From a virus (Duplodnaviria; Caudoviricetes), in IMG/VR virus record IMGVR_UViG_3300038393_001965, positions 1-63,997 of that record: 63,997 nucleotides of DNA. One strand, written 5' to 3'. A program made the position numbers and the translations under genes. Below are positions 30,301 through 39,042 of this stretch, one piece after another. The notes under the pieces were generated by a model that was given only the letters and a program-made list of their open reading frames with translations, was not told the origin of the DNA and searched no databases. Positions within the stretch are counted from its first letter, which is position 1, and every line of letters begins with the position of its first letter.

Positions 30301-30689
30301 TGTTCGATTCCACTGGTGCGGTCACCTTCACCAACTATGGCAAGGGGCTACGTTGCTGGGCCCCAGTGCTGGTCAGCGCGGTTCGTGACGCCGGTACTGG
30401 CGATTGGACGTTCAAATGGAACCGTCGCGACAGGCTCGGACAGGCATGGCCGGAAAGCGGGCCGGAAACGCCGCCGATGAGCGAGGCGACGGAAGCCTAT
30501 AAGGTCAATTTCTACGACGGCATGGGTATGCTGGTGAACAGCTACGACGCCAGCAGCGAGACCTACACATATAGCGCCGCCGACCAGACCACCGACTTCG
30601 GTTCGCCGCAGGTCACGATGCCGACGACCGGCGTCGACCAGGTTTCCGCGGTCTATGGCCAAGGCGTCGAAATGAGGGCAGCGGCATGA
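27333..30689 (+). CDS. Baseplate / host-specificity protein (GTA megatron-like)
   Basis: SKYGE, RIWADDKLI, PAWPGIVY, LSTLLRGLKGTE, WNRRDR, E..EAY. Confidence 0.9.
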   Translation: MAFIAPLAGAAVGGGLLGSIVTTAVGVGINLAIAYFFPQKIKGPRAESLKAQTSKYGEQLTRWYGADRTAGAVIWLKGDHVDEHVKKERQGKALGPEVTTYSYTATFAVAFAWNGPASGITRIWADDKLIFDVSAEALADAIAHGGKGIGVAKGASITIYLGTDTQKPDPDIEADRGAGNVPAWPGIVYAVIKNLPLDEFGIRVPNIEGEITQAQGLATSSVSPISAGARPWQTDCSGDYYVNAYDTTLYIEKLPGAAVISLNTLPHDAFCAHITDLNKVAVTYSLFSGMRVFDAATGAFEQDIVGVGPVSPTVMTCMDDITFGGVNYLFVYNDTNLTFSCLSNVGMGYGLNWQVEVPLASRMQSLSASPSRLYGTNGSSTIAVLNWDGTGASPADVTLTGLSGGARACFYDEESDSVVIETTTGSVYVYTPDLATLLRSKVNSFAGSLSQIDPLLSKRMKVASDQIAIKQTAGSGTNDIYIYRVSDLSEVQHIVASGTTWDNKGTANYYYVGFNERWQVAFVVDGSGDATNPRLWYLPRPQRLPVPLADVLVAECRLAGLLADASAVPTVIYGYGDRSGTPPRGAIEDLTRVNFVDWAQIDGVQTFFPRQTAVFRSIAFEETGMALNAEPDAIQISEEYPAALDMPEQMIITYPSYDAVYRTGAQAGTTKDDQKFSDEPSQADETGAPIKVRRHRTMEFSTAQVLTDDDAAKVADILFNALRDAAIVYKTKVSAKHMDLHPGQVVTLPLDESRTAKAVLTKMSGDHVIDMEFRKRGDSFVSEAVGQPTPYVVDTLLGLADAAPALIDGHLLRSADDNDGFYAGVAVISDGAFRSATIYRSEDAGETYAPWAGFTNGMIRGIATGALPNRPHPAAIDRATSFSIAVPIGTAPDSITEAQLLASETSNAFAVWNPTVGDWEYIRAASVVDNLDGSWTLSTLLRGLKGTEFAMAGHVAGATVYHLDDQAMTRPVHGDRTLSRVYVAVPTSTVFDSTGAVTFTNYGKGLRCWAPVLVSAVRDAGTGDWTFKWNRRDRLGQAWPESGPETPPMSEATEAYKVNFYDGMGMLVNSYDASSETYTYSAADQTTDFGSPQVTMPTTGVDQVSAVYGQGVEMRAAA

Positions 30690-31423
30690 CGACATCAAAC
30701 CGCCTCGGCATCACCGAGATGGCGGAAGCGCAGAACAACCGTTCCGTCACCGTCAATGAGGCGATCGCCATCCTCGAGGCTGTCGGAGGCGGCAACACCC
30801 AGGCCGTAAGCGTCGGCGATAACGCACCTCCGGGATCACCCGCCGAGGGAGATGTCTACGTGGTCGGCACGGCCGGCACAGGCGCCTTCAGCGGTCATAA
30901 CAAGGCGATCGCGATCTATTACAACGCGGCGTGGATCTTCGTCGCGCCGCTCGAAGGCTTCAAGGCATACGATCAGACGAGCGACACCAAATACCTCTAT
31001 GACGGTTCGGCCTGGTCGGCGGAGGCCAGCGCGCTCGCGAAGGCGACTACCGCACAGGTGCGCGCCGCAACGGCCGACAAAGCGCTGACCGCCGACAACG
31101 TCTACAGCGCCGCGGCAGAGGTGACGCTCGCCGATGCCGCGACGGTGGCGGTCGACATGGCAACCTTCATCAACGGCGTGGTTACGTTGGCCGGCAACCG
31201 CACGCTTGGCCAGCCGTCGAACACAAAGGTCGGGCAAAGCGGCGTCATCCGCATCGTTCAGGATGGAACTGGAAGCCGCACGCTGGCCTATCATGCGGAT
31301 TGGAAGTTCGCCGGCGGCGTCGATCCCACACTATCAACGGCCGCAGGTGCGGAAGACCTCCTCTTCTACCAGGTGATCGGCGCCAACAAGATCTATGCCA
31401 ATCTGGTGAAGGCAATCGGCTGA
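30686..31423 (+). CDS. DUF2793 tail protein with variable C-terminus
   Basis: VTVNEAIAILE; PPGSPAEGDVYVV; W.FVAP.EG. Confidence 0.85.
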   Translation: MTTSNRLGITEMAEAQNNRSVTVNEAIAILEAVGGGNTQAVSVGDNAPPGSPAEGDVYVVGTAGTGAFSGHNKAIAIYYNAAWIFVAPLEGFKAYDQTSDTKYLYDGSAWSAEASALAKATTAQVRAATADKALTADNVYSAAAEVTLADAATVAVDMATFINGVVTLAGNRTLGQPSNTKVGQSGVIRIVQDGTGSRTLAYHADWKFAGGVDPTLSTAAGAEDLLFYQVIGANKIYANLVKAIG

Positions 31424-31836
31424 TGATCCCCGGCATCGGTGCCAGCATTGGCGGCCTCGCCGGCCTCGCGCCGCTTGTGATCGGTGGCACACCCGTCACA
31501 ACTGCAACCCAGGGCGTCGCCTACTCTGGCTTCACCGCCTCGGCCAGCGGCGGCGCGACCCCATACACCTTTTCTCTCGTCGGCAGCTGGCCGACCGGTA
31601 TCTCGATAAACTCATCCACCGGTGCCGTATCGGGCACTCCGACGGCATCTGGCACTTTCGCCAGTCTCTCCGTGCGGGTGACCGACAATCTCGGCGCCAC
31701 CGCCGATCTCGCAACATTCACGCTGACGGTCGGGGTATCGGCATCCATCAGGCAGGCGATGGGTCGCGCCGCCTTCATCAACAGCAACGGCACGCGCCAG
31801 TCCATCGGTCTCGGCGCCTTCATCAACGAGGGATAA
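31423..31836 (+). CDS. Putative Ig-domain (He_PIG-like) virion protein
   Basis: ASGGATPYTFS...PTGISINSSTGAVSGTPT. Confidence 0.8.
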   Translation: MIPGIGASIGGLAGLAPLVIGGTPVTTATQGVAYSGFTASASGGATPYTFSLVGSWPTGISINSSTGAVSGTPTASGTFASLSVRVTDNLGATADLATFTLTVGVSASIRQAMGRAAFINSNGTRQSIGLGAFINEG

Positions 31837-31839
31837 CGG

Positions 31840-33171
31840 ATGGCGACCTATTATCTCCGGTCTGGCGCCGCCGGCGCGGCCAACGGAACGAGCTGGGCGA
31901 ATGCGTACACGACGCTCACAGCGGCGCTCTCTGGAAAATCGGCCGGCGATACCATCTTCGTCTCCGAAGATCATTCCGAAACCACTGCGCTCGATCTCAC
32001 ATTCACTTCACCGGGCAGCGCGGCAGCTCCATGCAGAGTGATATGTGTCGATCACACCGGTTCCGTGCCCCCAGTTTCGGCGGACAGACGCTCGACGGCA
32101 GCGATTTCGACATCGGCCGGCAATGACATCAACTTCACCGGCGGCAACATCATCTATGAAGGCATCATTTTTTCCGCTGGTAGCTCCAGCAGCACGGCCA
32201 GAATATTCGCCACGACATCCACCGACCAATCGGTCAAATTCAAGAATTGCGCGCTTCGCATCGCCACGACGTCGAGCAGCGGCAACATCGTTTTGGGCAG
32301 CAGTTCCGCCGGCGGGAGCCTGATCGTTCTCGACAACACCACGGTGCAGTTCTCATCCACGGCGCAGACGATTTCCTGCACGGCCAGCCTGTTGTGGATG
32401 AATACGCCATCGGCGATCACTGGCGCCACGATCCCGACGATCCTGCTCTCCAGCGTTTCAGGCAATCGCAGCGCGCGGTTCGACCTGCGCGGCGTGGATC
32501 TGAGCGCCGCTGGTTCGGGCAAGACGCTATTCGATCTTGCACTGAGCGGCGTCATTGAGATCGTCGCTTCCATGGTCGATTGCAAGATCGATTCCGCGGT
32601 GACCCTGACGACGCGCCCGCCTGCGCGCGGCTCCGGTGGTCTGGATTATCTGCGCTGCGACAGCGGCGGCACGAACTACAAGCATGGACGAGTGCGCTAC
32701 GAGGGGACGCTCACCGAGGAAACCACGATCGTCAGAACGGGCGGCGCCAACGATGGCACCACGACGATCTCGTGGAAGATCGTCACCACCGCCAACTCGA
32801 ACGAGTTCTATCCTTTCGAAAGCCTGCCGATCGCGATCTGGAATGACACCACGGGCTCATCGGTGACCGCGACAATCGAGGGTATCTGGGGCGGTGGCGC
32901 CGTCCCGAATAACGACGACATCTGGATCGAAGCCGAATATCTCGGCTCAAGTGGATCGCCGCTGGCATCGTTTGTCAACGATGGCAAGGCCGACATCCTG
33001 GCGGCGAATGCCGGTCACACCTCGAGTTCCGAGACCTGGGGCGGCAGCACGACCAAGTTCAAGATGGCGGTGACATTCACGCCGCAGCAGAAAGGTTGGG
33101 TGTTCGTTCGCGTCAAGGCGGCGAAAGCCTCGTCGACGTTCTACATCGACCCGAAGATCACGCTCTCCTGA
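31840..33171 (+). CDS. Putative receptor-binding / tailspike protein (beta-helix-like)
   Basis: YY...NGTSWANAYTTL..AL...AGDTIFV start; Ser/Thr-rich; last tail gene. Confidence 0.6.
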   Translation: MATYYLRSGAAGAANGTSWANAYTTLTAALSGKSAGDTIFVSEDHSETTALDLTFTSPGSAAAPCRVICVDHTGSVPPVSADRRSTAAISTSAGNDINFTGGNIIYEGIIFSAGSSSSTARIFATTSTDQSVKFKNCALRIATTSSSGNIVLGSSSAGGSLIVLDNTTVQFSSTAQTISCTASLLWMNTPSAITGATIPTILLSSVSGNRSARFDLRGVDLSAAGSGKTLFDLALSGVIEIVASMVDCKIDSAVTLTTRPPARGSGGLDYLRCDSGGTNYKHGRVRYEGTLTEETTIVRTGGANDGTTTISWKIVTTANSNEFYPFESLPIAIWNDTTGSSVTATIEGIWGGGAVPNNDDIWIEAEYLGSSGSPLASFVNDGKADILAANAGHTSSSETWGGSTTKFKMAVTFTPQQKGWVFVRVKAAKASSTFYIDPKITLS

Positions 33172-33207
33172 ACGACAAGAGGGCCGACGCGACGAACGCC
33201 GGCCCTC
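33172..33207 (-). terminator. Terminator of the pilin transcript (possibly bidirectional)
   Basis: Minus strand GAGGGCCGGCG-7 nt-CGTCGGCCCTC-TTGTCGT between convergent genes. Confidence 0.6.
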
Positions 33208-33262
33208 CCATTCACGTCTCCTTCGGGTTCAAATCGACGGGGGACGTGTGTTTCTTGGTCGG

Positions 33263-33499
33263 CTACGTGCCAGTGCCGCTGGCCGCCTTGCAAGTGCCAC
33301 TGGTTGTCGACGTAAGGATGCCCTTGCCATCGAGAATATTGCAGAGGCCGGTGAAACGGCCACTTACCCATCCGCCGATCGCCACGATGGCAAGGATGGC
33401 TGCTCCCGCGATGATCCCTATCAGGATCGAGTATTCAACCATTGCGGCGCCGTCTTCATCGTCGCGAAAACGCTTCGCCAAGTCGAGAATTCTTGTCAT
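33263..33499 (-). CDS. flp: Flp (Tad-type) pilin, copy 2
   Basis: FRDDEDG^AAMVEY Flp motif, hydrophobic helix, Cys pair. Confidence 0.92.
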   Translation of the reverse strand: MTRILDLAKRFRDDEDGAAMVEYSILIGIIAGAAILAIVAIGGWVSGRFTGLCNILDGKGILTSTTSGTCKAASGTGT

Positions 33500-33554
33500 G
33501 GCTTCCGCCCCTTAAGGAAGTGGCTCGGGCCTTTCGACCCGAGCCAGACCAATA

Positions 33555-33791
33555 TCAGGTGCCAGTGCCAGTGGTGGCGTTGCAGGTACCCTTGGCGGTG
33601 CTCGAAAGGATACCCTTGCCGTTCAGGATGGTGCAGAGGCCCGTAAAGCGCCCGCTTACCCAGCCGCCGATGGCGACGATCGCCAGGATCGCGGCGCCGG
33701 CGATGATGCCGATGAGGATGGAATATTCGACCATCGCGGCGCCGTTTTCGTCGTCGCGGAACTGCTCGTAAGTACTGATGATCTTCTGCAT
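33555..33791 (-). CDS. flp: Flp (Tad-type) pilin, copy 1
   Basis: FRDDENG^AAMVEY Flp motif, hydrophobic helix, Cys pair. Confidence 0.92.
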   Translation of the reverse strand: MQKIISTYEQFRDDENGAAMVEYSILIGIIAGAAILAIVAIGGWVSGRFTGLCTILNGKGILSSTAKGTCNATTGTGT

Positions 33792-33903
33792 GTGCTTGAA
33801 CCCCTGTTACCCAAATACCGGACAGAGGTGCTCCTGAAAGATGCTCATCCCCCGGTCCCGACGATGATCCTGAAACCGACATGCCGTTGGAGTCAAAGGA
33901 AAA

Positions 33904-33919
33904 TTAGCAATTTGTTAAC
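33904..33919. promoter_or_regulatory. Near-consensus CtrA box upstream of the pilins
   Basis: TTAG-caatttg-TTAAC (consensus TTAA-N7-TTAAC, one mismatch), next to minus-strand TTGACT at 33891-33896; extra GTTAAC half-site at 33984. Confidence 0.55.
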
Positions 33920-34057
33920 TGCGATCTACTGAGGGCAGTTCTTTGCCCACGCCTAAGCTTCTGAAAGCGATAGGTATTTCGACGTTAACTATCCGGTGAA
34001 CCTCCGGGCGTTCGGCCAAAAAGCGTACCGCTTAGGATTTGAGACGGATATATCCGG

Positions 34058-35047
34058 TTATTTCTCGCGGATAGCAGATGCACCTGCCAGCGCGGGCGCC
34101 GTTGCGACGCTCGCTTCCCGGCCAATCCATCGGATGAGCGTAATCGACACGACGGCGACGACCGCGCCGCCAATGATGTCCATCAGGTGGTGACCTCCCT
34201 CGGGGATCGTGCCGAGGATCATCAAAGCGTTGACCAGGACTATCGGCCAGAACAGCACGGTTCGCCGCATAGCGTAGACCACGAGAAGGCCGAGTGTGGT
34301 GTGAAATGACGGGAAGGAGATCAACCCGATCGTCGTCTCCACGCTGAACTCGAAAGGCGCGAGCGAGCGGAGCCGGTGAAGCGTGGTGAGATGGTCGAGC
34401 CCGCCTGTCGCCGTATAGTGGCTGTAGGACGTCGCGGCGGGGTGGTAGTAGGCGTAGGCTCCTGCTGCCGGGAAGAACATCGATATCGTCGTGGTAAACA
34501 AGAGCGTCACCACCATCAGCGCTGCGAACTCGAAAAACCGTTCTCGCCCTCCTATCGTGGCGTGGAACAGAAAGACCAACTGCCCTTGGTAGAGGATTGA
34601 CGTGTAGCAGGCGACGAGGATTGCGGCGAGCCAAGTAGACGAGTTCGCGGCCTCGACAACGGCTGGCCAGTTGAACCCTATCGATCGGTCACCGGCCGCT
34701 ATCGCCGCATCCATCAGCGGTCGCTGCGTCGCGGCGGCAAGGTACATATAGAGGCCATTGGCGATCTGGAAGACGAAGAGCAAAGCGAAGAAGACGCCGA
34801 GGCTTTCCAGTCCTTCGGAGATCTTCGCCAGCACATCCTTCAGTGCGCCGCTCATGCGTCCGATCGGCAGGCGAAACAGCAGACCGACGCCGAAAAGTGC
34901 TGCGCCCATCGCGATGCCGCTGGCGGCGCTCGCTGCAGTGCCCGGTGCAATCGAGATGTTGGAATGAGGCAAGAGGGCGGCGTCAAGGATCGCGAGGAGC
35001 GCAATCGTGACCACAATGACTAGCAAATATCGGTGATAGGCGCCCAT
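34058..35047 (-). CDS. PAP2-superfamily multi-TM enzyme (Aur1/IPC-synthase-like subgroup)
   Basis: FPAAG, ISFPSFHT, GGHHLMDIIGG; about 8 TM segments; GGGGAG RBS. Confidence 0.85.
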   Translation of the reverse strand: MGAYHRYLLVIVVTIALLAILDAALLPHSNISIAPGTAASAASGIAMGAALFGVGLLFRLPIGRMSGALKDVLAKISEGLESLGVFFALLFVFQIANGLYMYLAAATQRPLMDAAIAAGDRSIGFNWPAVVEAANSSTWLAAILVACYTSILYQGQLVFLFHATIGGRERFFEFAALMVVTLLFTTTISMFFPAAGAYAYYHPAATSYSHYTATGGLDHLTTLHRLRSLAPFEFSVETTIGLISFPSFHTTLGLLVVYAMRRTVLFWPIVLVNALMILGTIPEGGHHLMDIIGGAVVAVVSITLIRWIGREASVATAPALAGASAIREK

Positions 35048-35129
35048 CGCTCCCCCCGAGCCTTGCCTGACAATGCCCCGCAACGCCTGAAACCGCAACT
35101 TCCGCAACAACGGAAAAGGGAAATCAACC

Positions 35130-36062
35130 ATGGACACCACGTTCAAGGGCGTCGTCGCGCGCCTGAGCGACACCGATCTTCCGCGCATCGGCTATGGCAT
35201 TGGCGTCGGCGAGGATGAGATCCACGCCTTCCTCGATGTCGAAACCGCCGGCGGTGGTTACGACGACGAAGGTCGCCCGAAGATCCTTTTCGAGCCGGCC
35301 CGATTCTACGCGCATCTCTCCGGCGCCGCCAGGGCGCAGGCTGTTGCCGCCGGTCTTGCCGCCCCCAGGTGGGGCGACATCCCTTACGGCCCGCAATCGA
35401 GCCAGTATCCGAAACTCGTCCAAGCCATCGCGATCGACGAGACCGCGGCGCTGATGTCGACGTCCTGGCAGATCGGCCAGGTGCTCGGCGAGAACTTCGG
35501 CGCCGCCGGCTATGACAGCGTTCAGGCCTTCGTTGCCGACATGGTCAACGGAGGCGAGGCCGCCGGGCTTCAGGCTGCCGTCAACTTCATCAAGGCCAAC
35601 CACCTCGACGACGAGCTCCGCAACCACCAATGGGCGGCCTTCGCGCGGGGGTACAATGGCCCTGGATATGCTCGCAATTCATACGATACGAAGCTCGCCG
35701 CCCGCTTCAAATGGTGGCAGGGCAGGCCCGATACGCCGTGGACGCCGCCGAAGCCGGACGACGCCGCACCGCCGGTGCCGGTGCCGACACCCAAACCCTC
35801 GATCACAATCTATGTGCTCACCTGGGGGAGCAGCGACGTCCCGCGCGAGACCCGCTATTTCACCCCGGACCACGGCACCGATGCCGTCATGCGGCTGTCG
35901 GAACGCGTCATCGAGCTCGACAAGGCTCCGGCGAACGCCGCCTTCGCGTCGCTGTCGCGTCTTCCCGACAGCATCTACCCAGAAGGGATGACGCTCGCCT
36001 CTTGGACGAAGACAAGCGACGAGCGGCCCACTGACGAGGGCAGCCTGGAAGTGCCGGCATGA
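35130..36062 (+). CDS. Endolysin, N-acetylmuramidase (DUF3380-type) with Pro linker and unknown C-terminal domain
   Basis: DVETAGGG, PKILFE, STSW..GQVLGEN, WAAFARGYNGPGY..NSYD.KL. Confidence 0.92.
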   Translation: MDTTFKGVVARLSDTDLPRIGYGIGVGEDEIHAFLDVETAGGGYDDEGRPKILFEPARFYAHLSGAARAQAVAAGLAAPRWGDIPYGPQSSQYPKLVQAIAIDETAALMSTSWQIGQVLGENFGAAGYDSVQAFVADMVNGGEAAGLQAAVNFIKANHLDDELRNHQWAAFARGYNGPGYARNSYDTKLAARFKWWQGRPDTPWTPPKPDDAAPPVPVPTPKPSITIYVLTWGSSDVPRETRYFTPDHGTDAVMRLSERVIELDKAPANAAFASLSRLPDSIYPEGMTLASWTKTSDERPTDEGSLEVPA

Positions 36063-36715
36063 CCGAGCATAAGATCAGATGGCTTGAGCCCACTGACCGC
36101 GAGCGCCAGTGGCTTCGCCGCTACACCTCCAGCGACAAGCATAAATGCGCGGCGACGGGCAGCTATTGCAACGCCATGTTCGAACTTGGCGAGGCCGACG
36201 TCCTCTACACCGACGATGGCTACATCGAAGGCGACCGGGAAGACAGAAAGCCGCCTGAAAGCGATCCTCGTTGGCCGACTGCCTGCAACGCCTGCGGGCG
36301 CGCCTTCGGTGCCGATGATCCCTTCCAGCTCTTCAGCCGGCATATCTATCTCTGCGAAGCAACCGGTGACCGGACCACGCTGGAAAGCGCCCCGATCGGC
36401 TCTTGCTGGGACGCCTGGTGGATTTCCGAGCGGCGCAAGGATGGTCCAACCGGCAGCGGGTATATGGTCGGCCCAGATCATCGGTCACTGGTGGTGAAGC
36501 TACCAGGCAATCACGACTGGATGGTCGACAGCCGCGCCAGCAACTGCACCATGCCTGACGACAACGCCCATTTCTGCTGGGTGCGCCACGGCCGCCCCGA
36601 GGACGGCACGCTGCACGTCGACAAGAACGGGCACACCTGCGCGGCCGGCGCTGGCTCAATAGCCGTCCCCGGGTTCCACGGCTTCCTCCATCACGGCGTG
36701 CTGCGGGACTGCTGA
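36059..36715 (+). CDS. Cys/His-rich hypothetical protein in the lysis cassette
   Basis: CxxC, many Cys, GSI...FHGFL..G C-terminus; ATGA-coupled to endolysin. Confidence 0.7.
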   Translation: MTEHKIRWLEPTDRERQWLRRYTSSDKHKCAATGSYCNAMFELGEADVLYTDDGYIEGDREDRKPPESDPRWPTACNACGRAFGADDPFQLFSRHIYLCEATGDRTTLESAPIGSCWDAWWISERRKDGPTGSGYMVGPDHRSLVVKLPGNHDWMVDSRASNCTMPDDNAHFCWVRHGRPEDGTLHVDKNGHTCAAGAGSIAVPGFHGFLHHGVLRDC

Positions 36716-36766
36716 CCAATCCGCGCCCGGCGGCTCCGGGCAGATCCGACAAAAAGGAAACCTCCC

Positions 36767-37147
36767 ATGCTCAAAGTCGCTTTCGCGGCTCTGGCGATGC
36801 TTGCGTTCGCCGGCTGCGCCAACCTTCAGAAGGCCTACGATACCGTCACCTCGGCCAAGGTTCCGGCGAAGACCATCATCGTCGCCGCCAACGCCTTCGA
36901 CGGCCTCAAGATCACGGCGAAGAACTACATCGTCTACTGCTCGCCGGCACCAGCACCGACGGGCTGCGATGACGCCGTGATCCAGGGCAAGCTGATCCCC
37001 GCCATCAAGTCCGGCACCGTGGCCCGCAATTCGCTCGAGGACTTCCTCGCCAACCATCCCGGCGAGCTCGGCGACAAGGGTCTCTACGACGCGCTGACCT
37101 CCGCGAACTCCACCATCTCCGCTGTCGTCGCCGCCTACAAGGGCTGA
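36767..37147 (+). CDS. Lipoprotein, candidate spanin component
   Basis: Signal peptide with FAG-C lipobox; in lysis cluster. Confidence 0.7.
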   Translation: MLKVAFAALAMLAFAGCANLQKAYDTVTSAKVPAKTIIVAANAFDGLKITAKNYIVYCSPAPAPTGCDDAVIQGKLIPAIKSGTVARNSLEDFLANHPGELGDKGLYDALTSANSTISAVVAAYKG

Positions 37148-37182
37148 GCGGCGCCGGCATCCCTCCAAAAGGAAACCTCACC

Positions 37183-37491
37183 ATGAATGCCACCGTCGCA
37201 ATTACCCTCCTGCAGACCATCCTCACCCTGATCCCGCAGATCACCAGCTCGAAGTCGGTTGCCACCGTCATCAACGCGCTGATCCAGATCATCCCGATCG
37301 CGGTGCAGGAAGCCCAGGATCTGCTTGGGCCGATCCGCAACATCATCGCGGCCCTCTCTGCCAACGACCAGGCCACGGCCGACCAGCTCGCCGCGCTGAA
37401 GGCGCTCGATGCCCAGGTCGACGCCGCCTTCGACGCCGCGGTCGCCGCCTATCTTGCCCAGCGGCCGGCAGCCGCCGCAAACCCTTCGTAG
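37183..37491 (+). CDS. Amphipathic helical protein of the lysis cluster
   Basis: AAAAGGAAACCTC RBS, near-identical to that of the preceding gene. Confidence 0.65.
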   Translation: MNATVAITLLQTILTLIPQITSSKSVATVINALIQIIPIAVQEAQDLLGPIRNIIAALSANDQATADQLAALKALDAQVDAAFDAAVAAYLAQRPAAAANPS

Positions 37492-37550
37492 GCGGCGGGC
37501 TCGCGCTCGTCGCCTCGATCCCAACCAAGATCGTCAACGGAGTCACTTCC

Positions 37551-37775
37551 ATGGGTAATTACTCGAAACTGATCGGCGCGCTGGTCGGCAATGTCGTCGC
37601 CATCGGCGCCGTCTACCTCGCCAGCAAGGGTCTGGCGACCTGTGCGCCGGCCACTGACGGCTCCGAGGCCTGCACCATGCTCGGCTTCACCACCGCCCAG
37701 GTCACCGCCTTCGCCATGACGGGCGTCAATGCGGCGTTCGTCTGGGCGTTCCCGCCGAACACACCGAAGACCTGA
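37551..37775 (+). CDS. Putative 2-TM holin
   Basis: 74 aa, two hydrophobic segments, VWAFPPN tail. Confidence 0.55.
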   Translation: MGNYSKLIGALVGNVVAIGAVYLASKGLATCAPATDGSEACTMLGFTTAQVTAFAMTGVNAAFVWAFPPNTPKT

Positions 37776-37928
37776 CCGACCAATGGAAGGTCGCGTCGAA
37801 CTGATGACGGCATGGCTACGAGAGGCATGGCGCCGCTCGTGGCCATACGTCGCCATCGCCGCCGGCGCTTTGGCGATTTGGTGGCTGAAGTCTCTTTGAG
37901 CAGTGCATGAAAGGGCTTTGGGGCAGAA

Positions 37929-38666
37929 ATGGCGGAAGACATGGCAAACGGCGACGAACAGCAGCGCACCTACCATGATGCGGTTCAGGCGGCGCAGGGC
38001 GAGCGCATCACCAACATGGGGCGCCGCATCAATGATGTCGAAGTCGAAATGCGGGCTGGGTTCAGCCAGGTCAACAACTTGCTCAATTCCTCGACCAACG
38101 AAACGCGACAGGCAATCGCGGCGTTGTCGAGCAATCTGGCCGAGCGCAACAAGACGCAGTGGCCGGTCATCTTTCTGGCTATCGGTGTCGCGTCCAGCGT
38201 GCTCGGCTACTTCGTTACCCAGGCGCTGACTCCAATACGCGACGCCAATCTCGACATGAAGGCGGCCATCGTCGATACGCAGAAGTCCATCCAGGCGCTG
38301 GCCGCCAACACGGTCTCGCGGCAGGAAATGGATTGGCGCACCCAGCGCGGCGTTGAAGATCGGGCAACGATGCTCGCCTCGGTCTCATCGATCCGGGACA
38401 CCATGGTGTATCGCAATGAATGGCAGGAAAGGAACCTCAGTCGCGACCACGACATCGAGAACATCCGCGCCGACGCAGTGCGCGATGTCGCCAACCTGCA
38501 GCGCCAGCTTGACCAGCAGCGCGCGGATTTCCAGACCTTCTCCAACTCGCTTGGAAACGGCAGGGATTTGCTCATCGACCTGAAGACCGAACAGGGGCGG
38601 CTGAGAGACCAGATCGCCGCGTTGATGGCAAAGGTCGCCGCGGAGCAAGCCGGCACGCCTCGCTGA
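37929..38666 (+). CDS. Single-TM coiled-coil protein (lysis accessory)
   Basis: WPVIFLAIGVASSVLGYFV TM flanked by coiled coils; last late gene. Confidence 0.6.
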   Translation: MAEDMANGDEQQRTYHDAVQAAQGERITNMGRRINDVEVEMRAGFSQVNNLLNSSTNETRQAIAALSSNLAERNKTQWPVIFLAIGVASSVLGYFVTQALTPIRDANLDMKAAIVDTQKSIQALAANTVSRQEMDWRTQRGVEDRATMLASVSSIRDTMVYRNEWQERNLSRDHDIENIRADAVRDVANLQRQLDQQRADFQTFSNSLGNGRDLLIDLKTEQGRLRDQIAALMAKVAAEQAGTPR

Positions 38667-38694
38667 TCCTCCCGGGCGCTGTACTGCGCCATTC

Positions 38695-38729
38695 GCCCCG
38701 CTGGCTTCACCGCCAGCGGGGCTTTTTTT
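38695..38729 (+). terminator. Rho-independent terminator of the late/lysis operon
   Basis: GCCCCGCTGGC-6 nt-GCCAGCGGGGC-T7. Confidence 0.92.
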
Positions 38730-38734
38730 GCGTT

Positions 38735-38959
38735 TCAGGTCTTGATGCTTGCCGCCGGCGGCTTCTGTGTCTGGTCGAAGGACAGCCGTTCAACGGTGAG
38801 CGCTATGGCGCGCGCCAGCGCCTGCGCCTCGCCAAGCACGGTTGGACCATAGAGGCCGTTCACCGCTTCTTCGCTGGGCAACACGCCCGGCGGGCAGTGT
38901 TCCTCGATCGTGGCGCGGATGAGCCGGAGGGCGGCGCGGCAGTCCGGATCGTTTTTCAT
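38735..38959 (-). CDS. Hypothetical protein
   Basis: GGAAGG RBS, ATG at 38959. Confidence 0.6.
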   Translation of the reverse strand: MKNDPDCRAALRLIRATIEEHCPPGVLPSEEAVNGLYGPTVLGEAQALARAIALTVERLSFDQTQKPPAASIKT

Positions 38960-39042
38960 AACCCTTCCCACATACAATTTCGCTAAAATGCCCGGAACCG
39001 ATAGAGCCATCGCGGCTTGAATCCGGTTGTTGGGTGTTGTGC

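Noticed and set aside
30686-33171. Diversity-generating retroelement or tail-fibre shufflon
   Set aside because: No reverse transcriptase, template/variable repeat pair or invertase seen
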